A DNA stretch of 63,921 nt, the filler included, from Octopus bimaculoides (lineage: Eukaryota): assembly GCF_001194135.2 (NCBI RefSeq). It is 7 parts of 6 records of this genome, joined end to end, with 100 filler letters (N's around TTAATTAATTAA, not from the genome) between each part and the next. Parts side by side here need not be neighbours in the genome. Positions count along the whole stretch, not along the records: positions 1 to 14,714 come from NC_068982.1; 6 more parts are not named here. The stretch is one strand, 5' to 3'. The translations under genes were made by a program, and so were the position numbers. Shown piece after piece: positions 1-13,247 of this stretch. Numbering within the stretch: position 1 is the first letter of the stretch; every line of letters starts with the position of its first letter. The notes under the pieces were generated by a model. That model did no database searches, had not been told where the DNA came from, and was given only the letters and a program-made list of their open reading frames with translations.

Positions 1-15
1 ATATATATGGGGTGG

Positions 16-145
16 GGACGTGTTGGTTAGTGGTTTAGCTATTTGACGGTGCACGTTGATAAAGTCATGAATACGGTTTCCGGCGGCTCGTTGTGTTCTT
101 GAGCATGACACTTTACTTTACGCCGTACCTGTACACTCAGATGCT
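16..145 (+). mobile_element. Degenerate 5' half of tRNA-head SINE (family A)
   Basis: GGTTAGTGGTT A-box-like head and TTGTGTTCTTGAGCATGACACTTTACTTTACG, matching the better copies at 38957 and 45918. Confidence 0.6.
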
Positions 146-1644
146 TCTCATCCTTTGGGTATCGATACAAATCAAACTAATTAGTCTAGCAAATTCATAT
201 GTTTTATTGTTTTTAAAAATACTATACGCACTTGAAACAGCCTTGAATATAAAAGAAAAACGGTATGTATAACATTGGTAATATGTACATATATACAGTA
301 TACTAATAAGCAATATTCCTTCAGCTGCCTAAGATATAAGTTTTAGGAACGGAAGATCTTATCAAAGGTTCATTTATACATTAGAAAATGCATAAATATG
401 GCACCCATAACTCTATTAGACAACTGTCGAAAAAGTAGTAAAGCTTTCTATCAGAGAGTTTGATAAAAACATCAATGATTTTCCTATTAACATGCAATAA
501 TTATTAGGCGTCAAAATCGAAGTTAAATTCCCGGCTTTCCACTGAGTATAGCACGATGAAGAAAGCAACTTCTAAAACGCTTTGAAACGAATCACATGCA
601 AGTAATCAGTAGATGCCAGAATATAAGAGGAATTAATGAGTTGATGAAATGTCAAAAGAGTGTTCTTTATAAAAGTTACATGTTCTTTATATTAAAAAAA
701 AAATGAACGTTCTCAATAGAATGTTACCGCATAGAGAAATAATATCAGAATAGGACAAAATTCAGAGTACGAGAAGAGTAGCAATGAATTGCTTCGAAGA
801 AAACCACCCCAAAATTAAGTTCAGAAGATTGTGCAGTTTCTTAGATGTAAAATCTAACGCTTCTAACTCTATCCCTATCGTCAGCGAGAATAGAAAGTAT
901 TGAAAATTATATGTGGAAGGAATGTATTTCCTGGAGAAAGTCATAAGCGAATTAAACGATGTGTCAGGGAGTTGAGCAAGTAGGTAACTGTAAATCCTTC
1001 AAAGAATTAAGAACATAAGTTACAGTTGAATATCACAGATACAAATCATAGTGATGAAGAAATAAAAAAAAAGCAAGAAATTTTGTGAGGTGTATACATA
1101 AAATTAAATGCAAATAGAAACTGGAAAAGAACCACCTCAGTATGTCACTTTTCACCGTCGAGCAACTTGTTCCTATGACAAAACAAAATATAAAAAAAGA
1201 AAATTAAAAAATTAAGAAAATTAAAAATTTGAACTACTTATTCACACGAACCAGATTCAGCTGTTGACTGTATATGTATGTATGTATGTATGTATCTATC
1301 TATCTATCTATCTATCAACCTATCGATCTATCTATCTTCCATTCTATTTATCTGTATTTATATATATGCATACATATATGCAAACTCAAACATATGTTTG
1401 ACTATGTGTTATAACTGATTGTAATGACAAGAAGTACTACAATTTGAATAGAAAAATATTTAATTGAGAAATTGCGTACAAATCTTCAAATAGGTTTTTT
1501 CCTACCAAATTCTCTGAATAAGTCATAGAAACATGTTTGAATATCTCTTAGCGTCGTCGCATCTCTCTCCCTCCCCCCGTCTCTCTCTCTTACCGTATCA
1601 TTCGCTCTCGATATACATTCATAGACACACACATACGTATATTA

Positions 1645-1693
<49 letters not shown>

Positions 1694-1753
1694 GATATAT
1701 GTATGCATTTAGTTTTGTATTTGATTTGCAAGATACGTGTGTTGAAGCATATT

Positions 1754-2048
1754 TTATTGTGTCTGGGGAGAGTTATTCTTTTTTAGTGGCTTATTAATTT
1801 ACACACTCACCAGTCCGATTTCCACTCATTTACTTATTTCTACTGAAAATTTCGTTGCGTCTTGCAGCCATTACACTAGTCGTTGACTCTGTCCGTTATC
1901 GGGACAGAGCCAACGACTACTGAGAATGTTTGCAAGACGCAAGGAAAATTTCAGAAGAAATAAATAAATAAATGAGCGGAAATCGGACTGGTGAGTGTGT
2001 TAAATTAATAAGGCACTAAAATAAAATGACTCTCCCCAGACACAATAA
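1754..2048. mobile_element. Foldback / palindromic MITE-like element (~295 bp imperfect hairpin)
   Basis: Left arm TTATTGTGTCTGGGGAGAG...TAGTCGTTGACTCTGTCC is the reverse complement of right arm GGACAGAGCCAACGACTA...CTCTCCCCAGACACAATAA; 7-nt loop at 1895-1901; flanked by microsatellites. Confidence 0.8.
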
Positions 2049-3716
2049 TGTATGTATGTATGTATGTATGTATGTATGTATTAGCTGATTAACAGACTGA
2101 CTGAGGGAACGGTAACATCAAATAACCGTAAACGTCACAGAAGATAGTTCTACGTCTGTTATCATTCTTTTACTTTATAGTTTTACCATCTCCAATAGAG
2201 CGGTTAATAATCTCAAGTAGAGCAGCTATTTAGTCACAGAGAATTTTATAGTAATATCGATTTATCAGAACATCGTGTAAAAAGAAAAAAAACACAAGCT
2301 AGAACAATGAAAACACCAAAAAGAATATTACGAACCAGTGTGGTGGAGGTAAATTTTCCTAGCAATTATTAAATATGCTTTTTCTTTAAATATATAAACT
2401 GTGATGAATCCATTTCTTCAAATGAGATAATACGTTCCAACTGATTTGAATACAACCAAAGATATTAGCAATCTATTAAGCAATTTCTGAATCTGTCAAT
2501 GGCATTACTGCTCATATTCCCTTTATAAAATATTCATCTGTTGAAGTGGTGAAATTTCGAGCAATATCTACAATAGGCAATTACAAACGGGACCAGCCAC
2601 ATAACTTATTTTATAGCTTCATGTACAAACGTCGAAAAATAACCCCGCATATTTGTTCCCCTATGAATTTTTTATAACGTGGTTTCTGTATATGTCACCT
2701 TAATGTCGTGCACTAATACAGTGTGATATATAGTACCACAGAACGGGGTAGACACTAACTGTCTCCACTTGATGTATTCCCAAATACTCTGCCAACAACT
2801 GTACCCAATCCAAAACAACTCTCGACGAACTATAACAACTTCTCAATAAATTCCTGCCACTAAACGAACTCACGAACAACACCTTTCGACTTCCGGCGAT
2901 TTCTCACCCCTCCTGCTCTCAGTCAAACACACTGCTATTTACAATATATTTACAATAGTTCGGCTAATCCATTCTCACAGAGGGTGTTATGATTTTCACC
3001 ATAACAGAATTGACTCTGTATGTATTTAATATATATACAGATAATGTCCATGATACAGTGTGCTATGAGAAAAAAGCGCAACAAAGCTCAAGTAATGAGA
3101 AACAGTCTTTCGCGAGGAAGGAATTAACAGGATCAGAGAACAATGGATACAAAACACATAGTTCTTGTCTTGAGGGTTTTCGAAACCATCAGTCCTAAAC
3201 CTGTGAGATACCTACAAAACACCAACACTACCAAAACACACTGAATCACTACTTTATGAAAGAAAGCAAAGAATATACACAAACTATGCATTAATCAGGT
3301 AACTTAATGCATCAAAACACAATGTAGTTAAAATATTAAATAAAGCACAGTCCTAGCTTTAACACACGACGTAACAAGCTTCTAAAACATAGTATAAGAC
3401 ACGTAGACTGGCTTAACTTTCTTATACTCGCATATGTGCATGCATGCACGCACGCACACGCTTGTGCACGCACGCATGCGCGTGCGCGTGTAAAGGAAGC
3501 TTGAAAGTCAGAATGACTCTGGAACACCTAGCGCATAGGAGCAGCATAGGAAATGAAGGTGACAAGAATGACATGGAATCACGTGAAAAGAAAAGCACAA
3601 AACAGAATGACAGTTTTTGACTAAATTAGGGAGCCTATAGTGTGTAAGGGGTCTGAAAGGGTCAGTATGATGAATCATGATGATGACGACGACAATGAAG
3701 ACGACCTTCATTCATG

Positions 3717-3771
<55 letters not shown>

Positions 3772-3973
3772 GATTGATAGATACATATATGTATGTATAT
3801 ATATGTATACATATTTAGTTTAAAATTTGTGTGAATGTGTATAGAATAATATATTAGTTGAGTAAAGTTAAAGTTGAGTCTGGTTTTCTTTTTTTTTTAT
3901 GGTATTTTAACAAAATTAGCGCTCTCATATATAGTGTACTGATCAGATTTTAAATGTGCTTAACTGGCAGATG

Positions 3974-4004
<31 letters not shown>

Positions 4005-4077
4005 GATTATTATGATTGACCGTTGACTGAACACTATTCAATTTTTTTTCTCCGTGTTTTTCTCCTTGTCTCCGTAT

Positions 4078-4114
4078 TCTTTCTGTTGAAGAGCGTAGCT
4101 CGAAACGTCAAAGA
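4078..4114 (+). ncRNA. Minimal type I hammerhead ribozyme-like motif (Penelope-type)
   Basis: TCTTT-CTGTTGA-A-GAGC(GTA)GCTC-GAAA-CGTC-AAAGA: stem I 5 bp, stem II 4 bp, palindromic ACGT stem III; A6 position is U. Confidence 0.55.
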
Positions 4115-4202
4115 CTTTCCGTATTCCCGAGCGTCATACTAATATATACTTTTGTTATTTACACCACCTGTCCTCGTCTGTTGTTATTATTTGTATATTC
4201 TC

Positions 4203-4239
<37 letters not shown>

Positions 4240-4609
4240 NNNNNNNNNNNNNNNNNNNNNNNNNNNNNNNNNNNNNNNNNNNNNNNNNNNNNNNNNNNNN
4301 NNNNNNNNNNNNNNNNNNNNNNNNNNNNNNNNNNNNNNNNNNNNNNNNNNNNNNNNNNNNNNNNNNNNNNNNNNNNNNNNNNNNNNNNNNNNNNNNNNNN
4401 NNNNNNNNNNNNNNNNNNNNNNNNNNNNNNNNNNNNNNNNNNNNNNNNNNNNNNNNNNNNNNNNNNNNNNNNNNNNNNNNNNNNNNNNNNNNNNNNNNNN
4501 NNNNNNNNNNNNNNNNNNNNNNNNNNNNNNNNNNNNNNNNNNNNNNNNNNNNNNNNNNNNNNNNNNNNNNNNNNNNNNNNNNNNNNNNNNNNNNNNNNNN
4601 NNNNNNATA

Positions 4610-5503
4610 TATTGGGTCATCGCATAAATAATACAGTTTTTCTTATACTTCTTTTATTTTTTCAAAATTTAGATAAACGAAGTTAATTTTTAATCTAAAA
4701 TATACTCTCCTTCATTTTCTACAATGCTCTTCCATCTCTCTGTCAGACTTGCAAGGACGCTCTTTCATAATTCACTTGTGCCTGACGAAAAATACTCTTC
4801 CACTATTGTTCTGACCTCGTCTACAGAATTCATAATTTTTCCGTCCAGATGATTTTCAAGACTGCGGAATAAATGATAATCAGATGGAGCAATGTCTGTC
4901 GAATATGGTGGGTGGGGCATCGTTTCCAATCCAAACTGTTTCAGCTTTTGGATTGACATCCTCACTGTATGTGGCCGAGCATTATCCCGATGGAAGAACA
5001 CCTTTCGTCTTGGAATGAAAGATGGTCGTTTTTCTTCTGGCGTAGGTGTCGATGAATGGTTGAATAACCAAATCTAAGATTTTCTGATAGTTCCTCAATA
5101 GTTACGGTGGAATTTTGTCTCATCAGGGCTTGCAGGGCATCTTCGTCGAGCTCTACAGATCTTTCAGGACTAGGCTTTAGTTTCCGGCTCGGAGTTTCTG
5201 GAACCACTATTAACACTGGATGATGCTTATTGTCCGATCCCCATATACCGCATTAATATTCCTCGCACTTTCCGTTGCGTTTCTGTCTTTATTGAACACT
5301 TAAAGCAAAATATGCCGAAAATGTTCCTTTGTCACTTTTCGAAAATAACTTAAAATCGAATTGCACTCTTCAAACTTGACTAAAGAGAAGAACATGGTAA
5401 ACTTACTACCTGCTTTTATAGCAGGTTAATGTAGGTAGCTTATCCATTCCGAATTTTAGTTCATGCAATTGAAAAACAGCCTTATTGATGAAATGACCCA
5501 CTA
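4610..5503 (-). mobile_element. Internally deleted mariner (DD34D) transposon
   Basis: TIR TATTGGGTCATCGCATAAATAA and degenerate right TIR ...GAAATGACCCACTA; fragments HRDNARPH...HPPYSTDIAPSDYHLF (4765-5001) and an HTH-like segment (4962-5216). Confidence 0.9.
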
Positions 5504-6113
5504 AGTATGTACATGTATATATGTATATATANNNNNNNNNNNNNNNNNNNNNNNNNNNNNNNNNNNNNNNNNNNNNNNNNNNNNNNNNNNNNNNNNNNNN
5601 NNNNNNNNNNNNNNNNNNNNNNNNNNNNNNNNNNNNNNNNNNNNNNNNNNNNNNNNNNNNNNNNNNNNNNNNNNNNNNNNNNNNNNNNNNNNNNNNNNNN
5701 NNNNNNNNNNNNNNNNNNNNNNNNNNNNNNNNNNNNNNNNNNNNNNNNNNNNNNNNNNNNNNNNNNNNNNNNNNNNNNNNNNNNNNNNNNNNNNNNNNNN
5801 NNNNNNNNNNNNNNNNNNNNNNNNNNNNNNNNNNNNNNNNNNNNNNNNNNNNNNNNNNNNNNNNNNNNNNNNNNNNNNNNNNNNNNNNNNNNNNNNNNNN
5901 NNNNNNNNNNNNNNNNNNNNNNNNNNNNNNNNNNNNNNNNNNNNNNNNNNNNNNNNNNNNNNNNNNNNNNNNNNNNNNNNNNNNNNNNNNNNNNNNNNNN
6001 NNNNNNNNNNNNNNNNNNNNNNNNNNNNNNNNNNNNNNNNNNNNNNNNNNNNNNNNNNNNNNNNNNNNNNNNNNNNNNNNNNNNNNNNNNNNNNNNNNNN
6101 NNNNNNNNNNNNN

Positions 6114-6156
<43 letters not shown>

Positions 6157-6569
6157 GTATGTATATATATATACGCACACATGTATATTTATATTTATAT
6201 ATACAATACCAAAACCGTTAAAGAATGCAAAACTTAAAGAAAATGGAAGGGTGACAATATTCGAATTATACAATAAACTTCTGACAATCTAGATCATTTG
6301 GATTATTAATCCGTTGTTGTAGATTAGAGATGGAATTATTTCAGCTAGTTTTGAATTATATACTCACTATAGTATTATCGACAGAGATTTGAATGTATAT
6401 GTGTGTATATTTATGTGCGCGCGTGTATATGTGTGCGTATATGTGAATTAATGTCAACAAAGTTATGAGAGTATTTGGTATATAAATGCTGTAATTAGTG
6501 AAAAGTTGTAGGAAATGACAATCATTAGTCTCTTAATGCGATTTACTCTCGATGCGGAAATAATAGTTA

Positions 6570-6618
6570 GGTCTTAGTTGTCATCATTATCGTCACCCAC
6601 ACCAACACCACCACCACC

Positions 6619-6667
<49 letters not shown>

Positions 6668-6805
6668 CCACCACCAACAACAACAATTGAACTGTTGTTA
6701 TTCTCCTCCATCTACTTCGCCGTATGGATGTTATTGTCGAAACCGTCGTTATCATCTTCATTATTTTCATCATCAATATCATCATCGTTATATTCATTAT
6801 CATCA
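6570..6805. repeat. Compound trinucleotide repeats (ACC)n(ACA)n and (ATC)n
   Basis: Direct reading. Confidence 0.9.
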
Positions 6806-7389
6806 CTTTAATACCTATTTTACTAGGACAATCAAAGGTCAAAGGACTCTGCATACTCCGTGCCATTTATTTTAATATGCTTCAATTTAATAAAACCAAT
6901 TACATATCTGTACATTTTTCTCACGCTATGTTAGTTCTACCAGCATGCTGCATACTAAGCTACCGCGCCTTAGGTTCTATACAGCATACATTTCTCTCTA
7001 CAAACTATAATTTTCCAATACCCACCTAGACAAATTAAATTCCTAATTTTATTGCAATAATTAATTGGAGATTTTATGATTAAATTATGAAGACATAACA
7101 GCAGGAGCAAAAGAATGAACTGCCAAGTGGTGGGTACTGATTTCACATCTCTTGCCATAGTTTTACCATAAATCAATTAATTTCATAGAGTATACGTAAC
7201 CGTTCGTAATAGGTACAAGACGCAGTTGCAAAACATACTTGAAAATGTCAAACATTCTACTTCGAAGGTGCTTTATAACTTATCTACTTAATATATTGTA
7301 ACCCCGTTTTGATATGAAAGTATTAAATTCTTTCTCAATGTTCTCATTATATTTAGAAATCGGCTAGTATATATAGGATCGATTAGATG

Positions 7390-7650
7390 ATAAGTACACA
7401 AGATTCTCCGTCGCACAGACTCAGGAGACGATATCCCATTTCAGTTCAAAAGACTTCGATTTCCAGTGAGTCTTAGTCTTGCCACACCCACCAACAAATC
7501 ACATGGGGAAACGTGTTCGGCTGCTGGTTAACACCTTGAAAGGCCATGTGTTACTCATGGTCAGCTTTAATTTGGACGTTAAAGAGTAGGAAGCATGAAA
7601 AGTCTTTACACCAAATTGAAAAGCAAAAACTTCGTTTATGCAGAGATTCG
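7390..7650 (+). mobile_element. Helitron RepHel helicase C-terminal remnant
   Basis: DIPFQFKRLRFPVSLSLATPTNKSHGET then PCVTHGQL*FGR*RVGS and KNFVYAEI, resembling the PIF1-like motifs FKRLQFPVRL.FAMTINKSQGQT and PCFSHGQLYVA.SRV. Confidence 0.75.
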
Positions 7651-7831
7651 TCCTGATGAAGAAACCAATTCGTCGGGGAAGACATTGTCTGGCATGGAGT
7701 AAAAAAAAATAAAATAAAGACTTTCCGTTGAGGAAATTGTCCGGCAATGACGGGCTACTCATCCAGTCACTATGTATAAAAGAGCTAATTTTGTTAAAAT
7801 ACCATGATAAAAAACGTGAAAACCAATACGC

Positions 7832-7877
7832 TGATCGTATTACCTGGGACCCTCGTCGTCGTAACCGACGGAGTGTT

Positions 7878-7878
<1 letters not shown>
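7832..7878 (+). mobile_element. SINE family A 3' tail
   Basis: GGGACCCTCGTCGTCGTAACCGACGGAGTG matches the tails at ~36200 and ~39245. Confidence 0.7.
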
Positions 7879-7920
<42 letters not shown>

Positions 7921-10194
7921 TAATCATACTATGATAAAATGTAGAATTTATTAATATTAGAAAGATCAAAAAGAAAATTATCTCGAAGAGATAATTTTGT
8001 TTGCGATCTCACTCTTGTTAATAAACTTTGTTTTCGATCTAGCTAGTGTACATAAATTTTAAATTAGATCACAGAAATGCGAGTCATACGGTGAAGTGAT
8101 TTCAAACTTAATTTTCAGCTCAACATTTGTACATGGTTTTTTTCTTTCAAAAAGCATTGATAATTTTATAAAAAGATTATTGTTTTCCATTTATTTGTAT
8201 ACATCATTTTCAATATGAGTCCAAGTTACATAATTATTTTTGGGCTCCTTTCTTAGGTTCAACACTTATTGGTGAAATCAAAATGTGCAAAGTATCTTAT
8301 AAAAAATCGCTATCTTATTATTGCCGAACACTCCAAAATCATAAAGCAGATCGTTAGTTATCTGTTACATTAATCTTGGTGCATCTATTTCTTGTTATTG
8401 CATTATTTTGAGTGGGCGTTGAAACAGAATTTTACAGGTCATTGACATTGATATTACAAATCACTGAAGATGTTAATTAAAGCAGCAAATACGTTGTTAC
8501 TGTTAACTACCAGAGAATTAAATTATCGGTAATAATTCTCTGGTAATAGTAAAAGAAAACACATACACAAAAAAAAACAACAAGAAATGAATATGAATAT
8601 GGTTACTCAAGAAAACACCGAGAATAGTAAGCAGAAAGCAACAAAAACATCGACTACAGAGCAGAATTACAACGATGTCTATAATAATCACGTAAGTAAC
8701 TTGCTGATTAGTAACTGAGTAGCCATACTAAATTCTCAGGATTTTATATTTGAAAGATTTGTCATAAAAAGAAGCAGACGAGAAGAAAAAAAAATCTTAT
8801 TAGTTATTGAAGATGTAGATGAATCTAATTTATAGTCATGAGATGTTTCTTTAAATTACGACGTTTCTTTAGTCTGAAAGTTAGTGTTTTAAATAATCAT
8901 AAAATCAATGTTTAATTTGATCATTAAGATATAAACAAAAATTCAGCAAGGATATATTTATGTGATTTGTAAGTTCTAATTTTATGTTTAAGAAACGTGT
9001 AAGTCAAATTAGGAAATCTGAATTTAATGATAGGACAATCCTGTTAATAAGATTATTTCATGGTATAATCTTCCGATATTATGCATTGTATAATGACTTT
9101 ATAATTAGAAATAAATATTTAGTGAATGAGAGTAAAGTGACATGCAGCATGAATACATGACGACCTGATGAGTTAGGAATCATATATTATATCCTCTTGT
9201 CCATCACATCTCTCACTAATTATCATACAGTAAAATGACCATGCGCACAGATACACATTTACACACAAATACACATACATGCTCAAACACATATGCACAA
9301 ACATACAAACATACAGCACTATAATCACACAAACAAGCACAACACATATTCAGTACATGCTGCACAATTTGTGATTATGCATATGCATTAGAAATATGGT
9401 AACAGTGCCAATCAAAATTCCATAAACTCACAAAAACTGTTATACACCATCACAGATTAATAGGATCATCGTCTCGTCTTTTCTTCTTCCTTTTCCCGAA
9501 TTTCTCCTCATTATCAGCAGTATCATTTGAGTTGGGGATGTAAGCATTTTAACCAACTCTTAGCTTGTTTCTCGAAGCAAACTACTGATTCTAGAGAAAA
9601 GATATAAAACCTAAAAATATTTCTCTACCCGATAACAAATCTAGAAAACATCGTCACAGTATCCGATAAGATACGACGTGTAAAAAAGACAGAGAGCAAA
9701 ATGTCCAGGAACGAGAATAGTAGAAATCATATTTTACTAGCAGGACTCGTGAATATTTCACGAAATTAATGGTAAACTTGTCCAAATTAATGGTAAGCTT
9801 TATCCAAAATACCTGAAAGCGTAGCCTGTGTTGTGTCTGTATCAAAAGATAGTCACTCATCTCCTCATCAGTGAGAAGTGAAGGAAATTTGAATACGATG
9901 ATTACTTAATGCACGTTATATATGCACTTTATATATACTTTATGCACAATTTTATAGACTTAATACATAGCACTCTCTCTCTTTCTCTCTCACTCTCCGC
10001 CTTACCGTAGTAAGCTCAAGAAATTACACATTTCATTCACCACCACCTCTCCTCCCCTCCCACATCTCCCCATTCATCCAGCCCTCCCCTTTCTCACCTC
10101 TCTCCTTTTCAACTAATAACGTGGAAGCGTTACGGACGGGCTAAATAACGGAAGAACAAGCAGAATTATTATAAGATAACATAACCTCGTATTA

Positions 10195-10450
10195 CATACT
10201 CTTTTTACTCTTTACTCTTTTGCTTGTTTCAGTCATTTGACTACGGCCATGCTGGAGCACCGCCTTTAGTCAAGCAAAGCGACCCCAAGACTTATTCTTT
10301 GGAAGCCTAGTACTTATTCTATCGGTGTCTTTTGCCGAACCGCTAAGTTACGGCGACGTAAACACACCACCATCGGTTGTCAAGCGATATTGGAGGAACA
10401 AACACAGACACACAAACATATACACACACATACATACATACATACATACA

Positions 10451-10484
<34 letters not shown>

Positions 10485-10485
10485 C

Positions 10486-10547
<62 letters not shown>

Positions 10548-10797
10548 AGGAGTGGCTATGTTGTAAGTAACTTGCTTACCAACCACATGGTTCTAGGTTC
10601 ATTCTCACTGCGTGGCACCTTGGGCAAGTGTCTTCTACTCTAGCCTACAGTTTCCGTCTACCAGATCTACTCACAAGGCTTTGGTCGGCTCCAGGCTATA
10701 GTAAAAGACACTTGCCCAAGGTACCGCGCAGTGGGAATGAACCCGGAACCATGTGTTTGGTAAGCAAGCTACTTACCACACAGACACTCCTGCGCCT
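10195..10797 (-). mobile_element. Composite SINE: module B (10647-10797), microsatellite, module C (10195-10420), plus an extra plus-strand B head at 10544-10646
   Basis: B = CAGGAGTGGCT..GGTAAGTAGCTTGCTTACC..GGGCAAGTGTCTT; C = CAGTCATTTGACT..CCATGCTGGAGCACCG..CCTAGTACTTATTCTATCGG; both recur elsewhere in the window. Confidence 0.85.
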
Positions 10798-11354
10798 ACA
10801 TATAGCCGGAAGACCTAATATAGCTTGGAAATTCTTTAATTTGACAGATTAATATTTTCCAGAGGAAATTAGACTATGAAACAATTTTAATCTTAATAAT
10901 TCGACTCAAAAGAAATTTGGTTGTAATACCAAAGTATATAATGCTGCTTGGATGAATGGAACTCATTGGCGAGCATCAAACCGAAACCGATGCTGCAAAA
11001 GTAGAATTCATAAGAATCACTCATTTGCTGGGTATGCGATTAAGAAGTTCACATTGTAACCACGTGATTTCAGATTCGTTTCCACTGTGCAACAACTTCA
11101 TTAAGTGCCTTCTACTATAACCTTGAACCGATCAATGCATTGTGAGTTAATTCGGCAGATGGAACGTTACATAATACATACATACATGCATACATGCATA
11201 CATAAATACATACATACATACATGCATACATACATACATACATACATACATACATACATACGCACAGATACACACACACGCACACGCACACACACGTACA
11301 CACACGCACACACACATGCGATTATTTGATAAGCGGTGCCGAATTTTACAATCT

Positions 11355-11755
11355 GGCAGAAACGGTACTCCGCCGGGCAAAATGCTTAGCGGCATTTCGT
11401 CTGCCGTTACGTTCTGAGTTCAAATTTCGCCGAGGTCGACTTTGCCTTTCATCCTTTCGGGGTCGATAAATTAAGTGCCAGTTACGCACTGGGGTCGATG
11501 TAATCGACTTAATCCCTTTGTCTATCCTTGTTTGTCCTCTCTATGTTTAGCCCCTTGTGGGCAATAAAGAAATATGAAACGTTAGAATACTTAGCGGTAT
11601 TTCGTTGGTCTTTTCGATCTGAGTTTACATTCCACCGAAGTCGACTTTGCCTTTCATCCATTCGGAATCGATGGATTAAGTACCAGTTGCGTACTGCGGT
11701 CGATCTAATCGACTACCCCCTCCCCATAAGTTTCGGGCCTTGCGCCTAGAGTAGA
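11355..11755 (+). mobile_element. Two tandem SINE copies of family D (core resembling the Nin-type domain)
   Basis: Shared core GTCGACTTTGCCTTTCATCC..TCGG..TCGAT..ATTAAGT.CCAGTT in both copies; the Nin assignment is from memory. Confidence 0.75.
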
Positions 11756-11859
11756 AGACAATGAGAATGTCTGGGTCCAGATAATCAGGAAGGGTTGTGA
11801 CATCCAAGATGTGAGATTCTTATAGTAATCATTGCGACTCGCGTGTCCCTGATCTGCTG

Positions 11860-12060
11860 TTGATCGACAGTTTCAGTTTAATAATCATGATGGCCTCCTC
11901 AAATAGCTCATGCTACGTTCTATTGCCTTGATGGTAACCATAATATCCTGTGGGTGGTTGGGATCTAGATGCGTTTTCAATATGCTTGTCTGCATGTGTT
12001 ACTTGATGCGGTTATGTAGCTTTTGGATGGTTCCATATTTATTACCGTTAAGGAGGGGGC
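11860..12060 (-). mobile_element. Penelope-like GIY-YIG endonuclease remnant
   Basis: Minus strand YGTIQKLHNRIK*HMQTSILKTHL ... EEAIMIIKLKLSINSR resembles the PLE pattern YIG.T...L..R..EH ... EA..I.....N. Confidence 0.5.
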
Positions 12061-13190
12061 TGTTTACTGGAAGTGTAGTGTTAGCAATACTTTACATAGA
12101 AGACGAAATGAATAATAAAAAAATATGGCGAGAGCTGTAAAGAACGAGCATAAAAAAGTTTAAAAAATGATTGTAATGAAAAAGTATTTGAAAGTTTCCA
12201 TGACGGCAATAGAGAACATAAAATTGAAAGCTTCAGAGATGGTATGGATAGAGATTAAAAATTAAAATACATAATATATTTTATATCTTTATGAATTTCT
12301 CTTATTGTATTTTTGTGACATTTATTTTGTATTTGATTTCCTTATTTTTCCATGCATGCCGTTTATTTGAAATATATATAAGGCATAAACATTCAAATTT
12401 TTGAAGAAGAAACAAATTATTTCCTTAAATTTAGATATATTTTATCGAACCTTGTTGTCAGAATTATGTTGCATGTTATACGCAAATATATAAATATATG
12501 CATGGGTTTAGAATTTCGTTAAACAATCGCATGGTTAGAGATACGAGCCAACTTATTGGTACTTTGGACGAGTCTCTTTTACCATTGCATTTTGTGTCAT
12601 CACTATCGGGTAGTAGAATGGTGCATCGATCAAGAATAACTTCGATCACATTACACCATTTTCGACTATCCGTTTCGTTCTACAACGAAAAAAGTAATCC
12701 AGCCATAAAACCAAATGCAGGAACCTAATATTGGAACGTTTAAAAGACAGAAACTAGTTAAAGAATAATAATTACTAAAATACACAATTTATTTCATAAA
12801 GATGACTGCAGCCATTTCTAACCATGTAGACGTTCTTCTTAAGGGGTTTCAGGTGCACTTATTTTAAGATTTGTAATAGAGGCAGTATTAGCATTTTACA
12901 ATACAAGATTGGTTTGCAATATTTATGCTACAGTAATTGTAATTCAACTCATGCTGCTTTCTTACTTCCCTTGATGCTTCGTAGCGTTTTTAGTTGTTGC
13001 TTAATTTGAGGCCATACCTAATTAACCAGATTTATGACCAAAAGCATTCAAACCTCCCCAAGAAGCTTCCCTATCTCTTTTCCTTCTTTCCAGTGAACAG
13101 TGCATTCAGAATTGCATCATTTAACATAGCTGCGTATATCTACCCACACACATACACACATAACGAATATATATATATATACAGAGAGAG

Positions 13191-13225
<35 letters not shown>

Positions 13226-13247
13226 CATATACATATAAATACATATA

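Noticed and set aside
762-960. Short ORF, or possible CR1-like remnant
   Set aside because: Too degenerate to support either call
3428-3491. Alternating purine-pyrimidine tract with Z-DNA potential
   Set aside because: Ordinary (GCAC/GCAT)n microsatellite, common throughout the window
4152-6292. ORFs with long X runs (also at 33.9-35.3, 40.1-41.2, 43.9-44.9 and 57.4-61.2 kb)
   Set aside because: They run through N gaps and (TA)n/(CA)n tracts
6567-7029. Pro/Thr-rich and Ile-rich membrane-like ORFs
   Set aside because: Trinucleotide repeat translations
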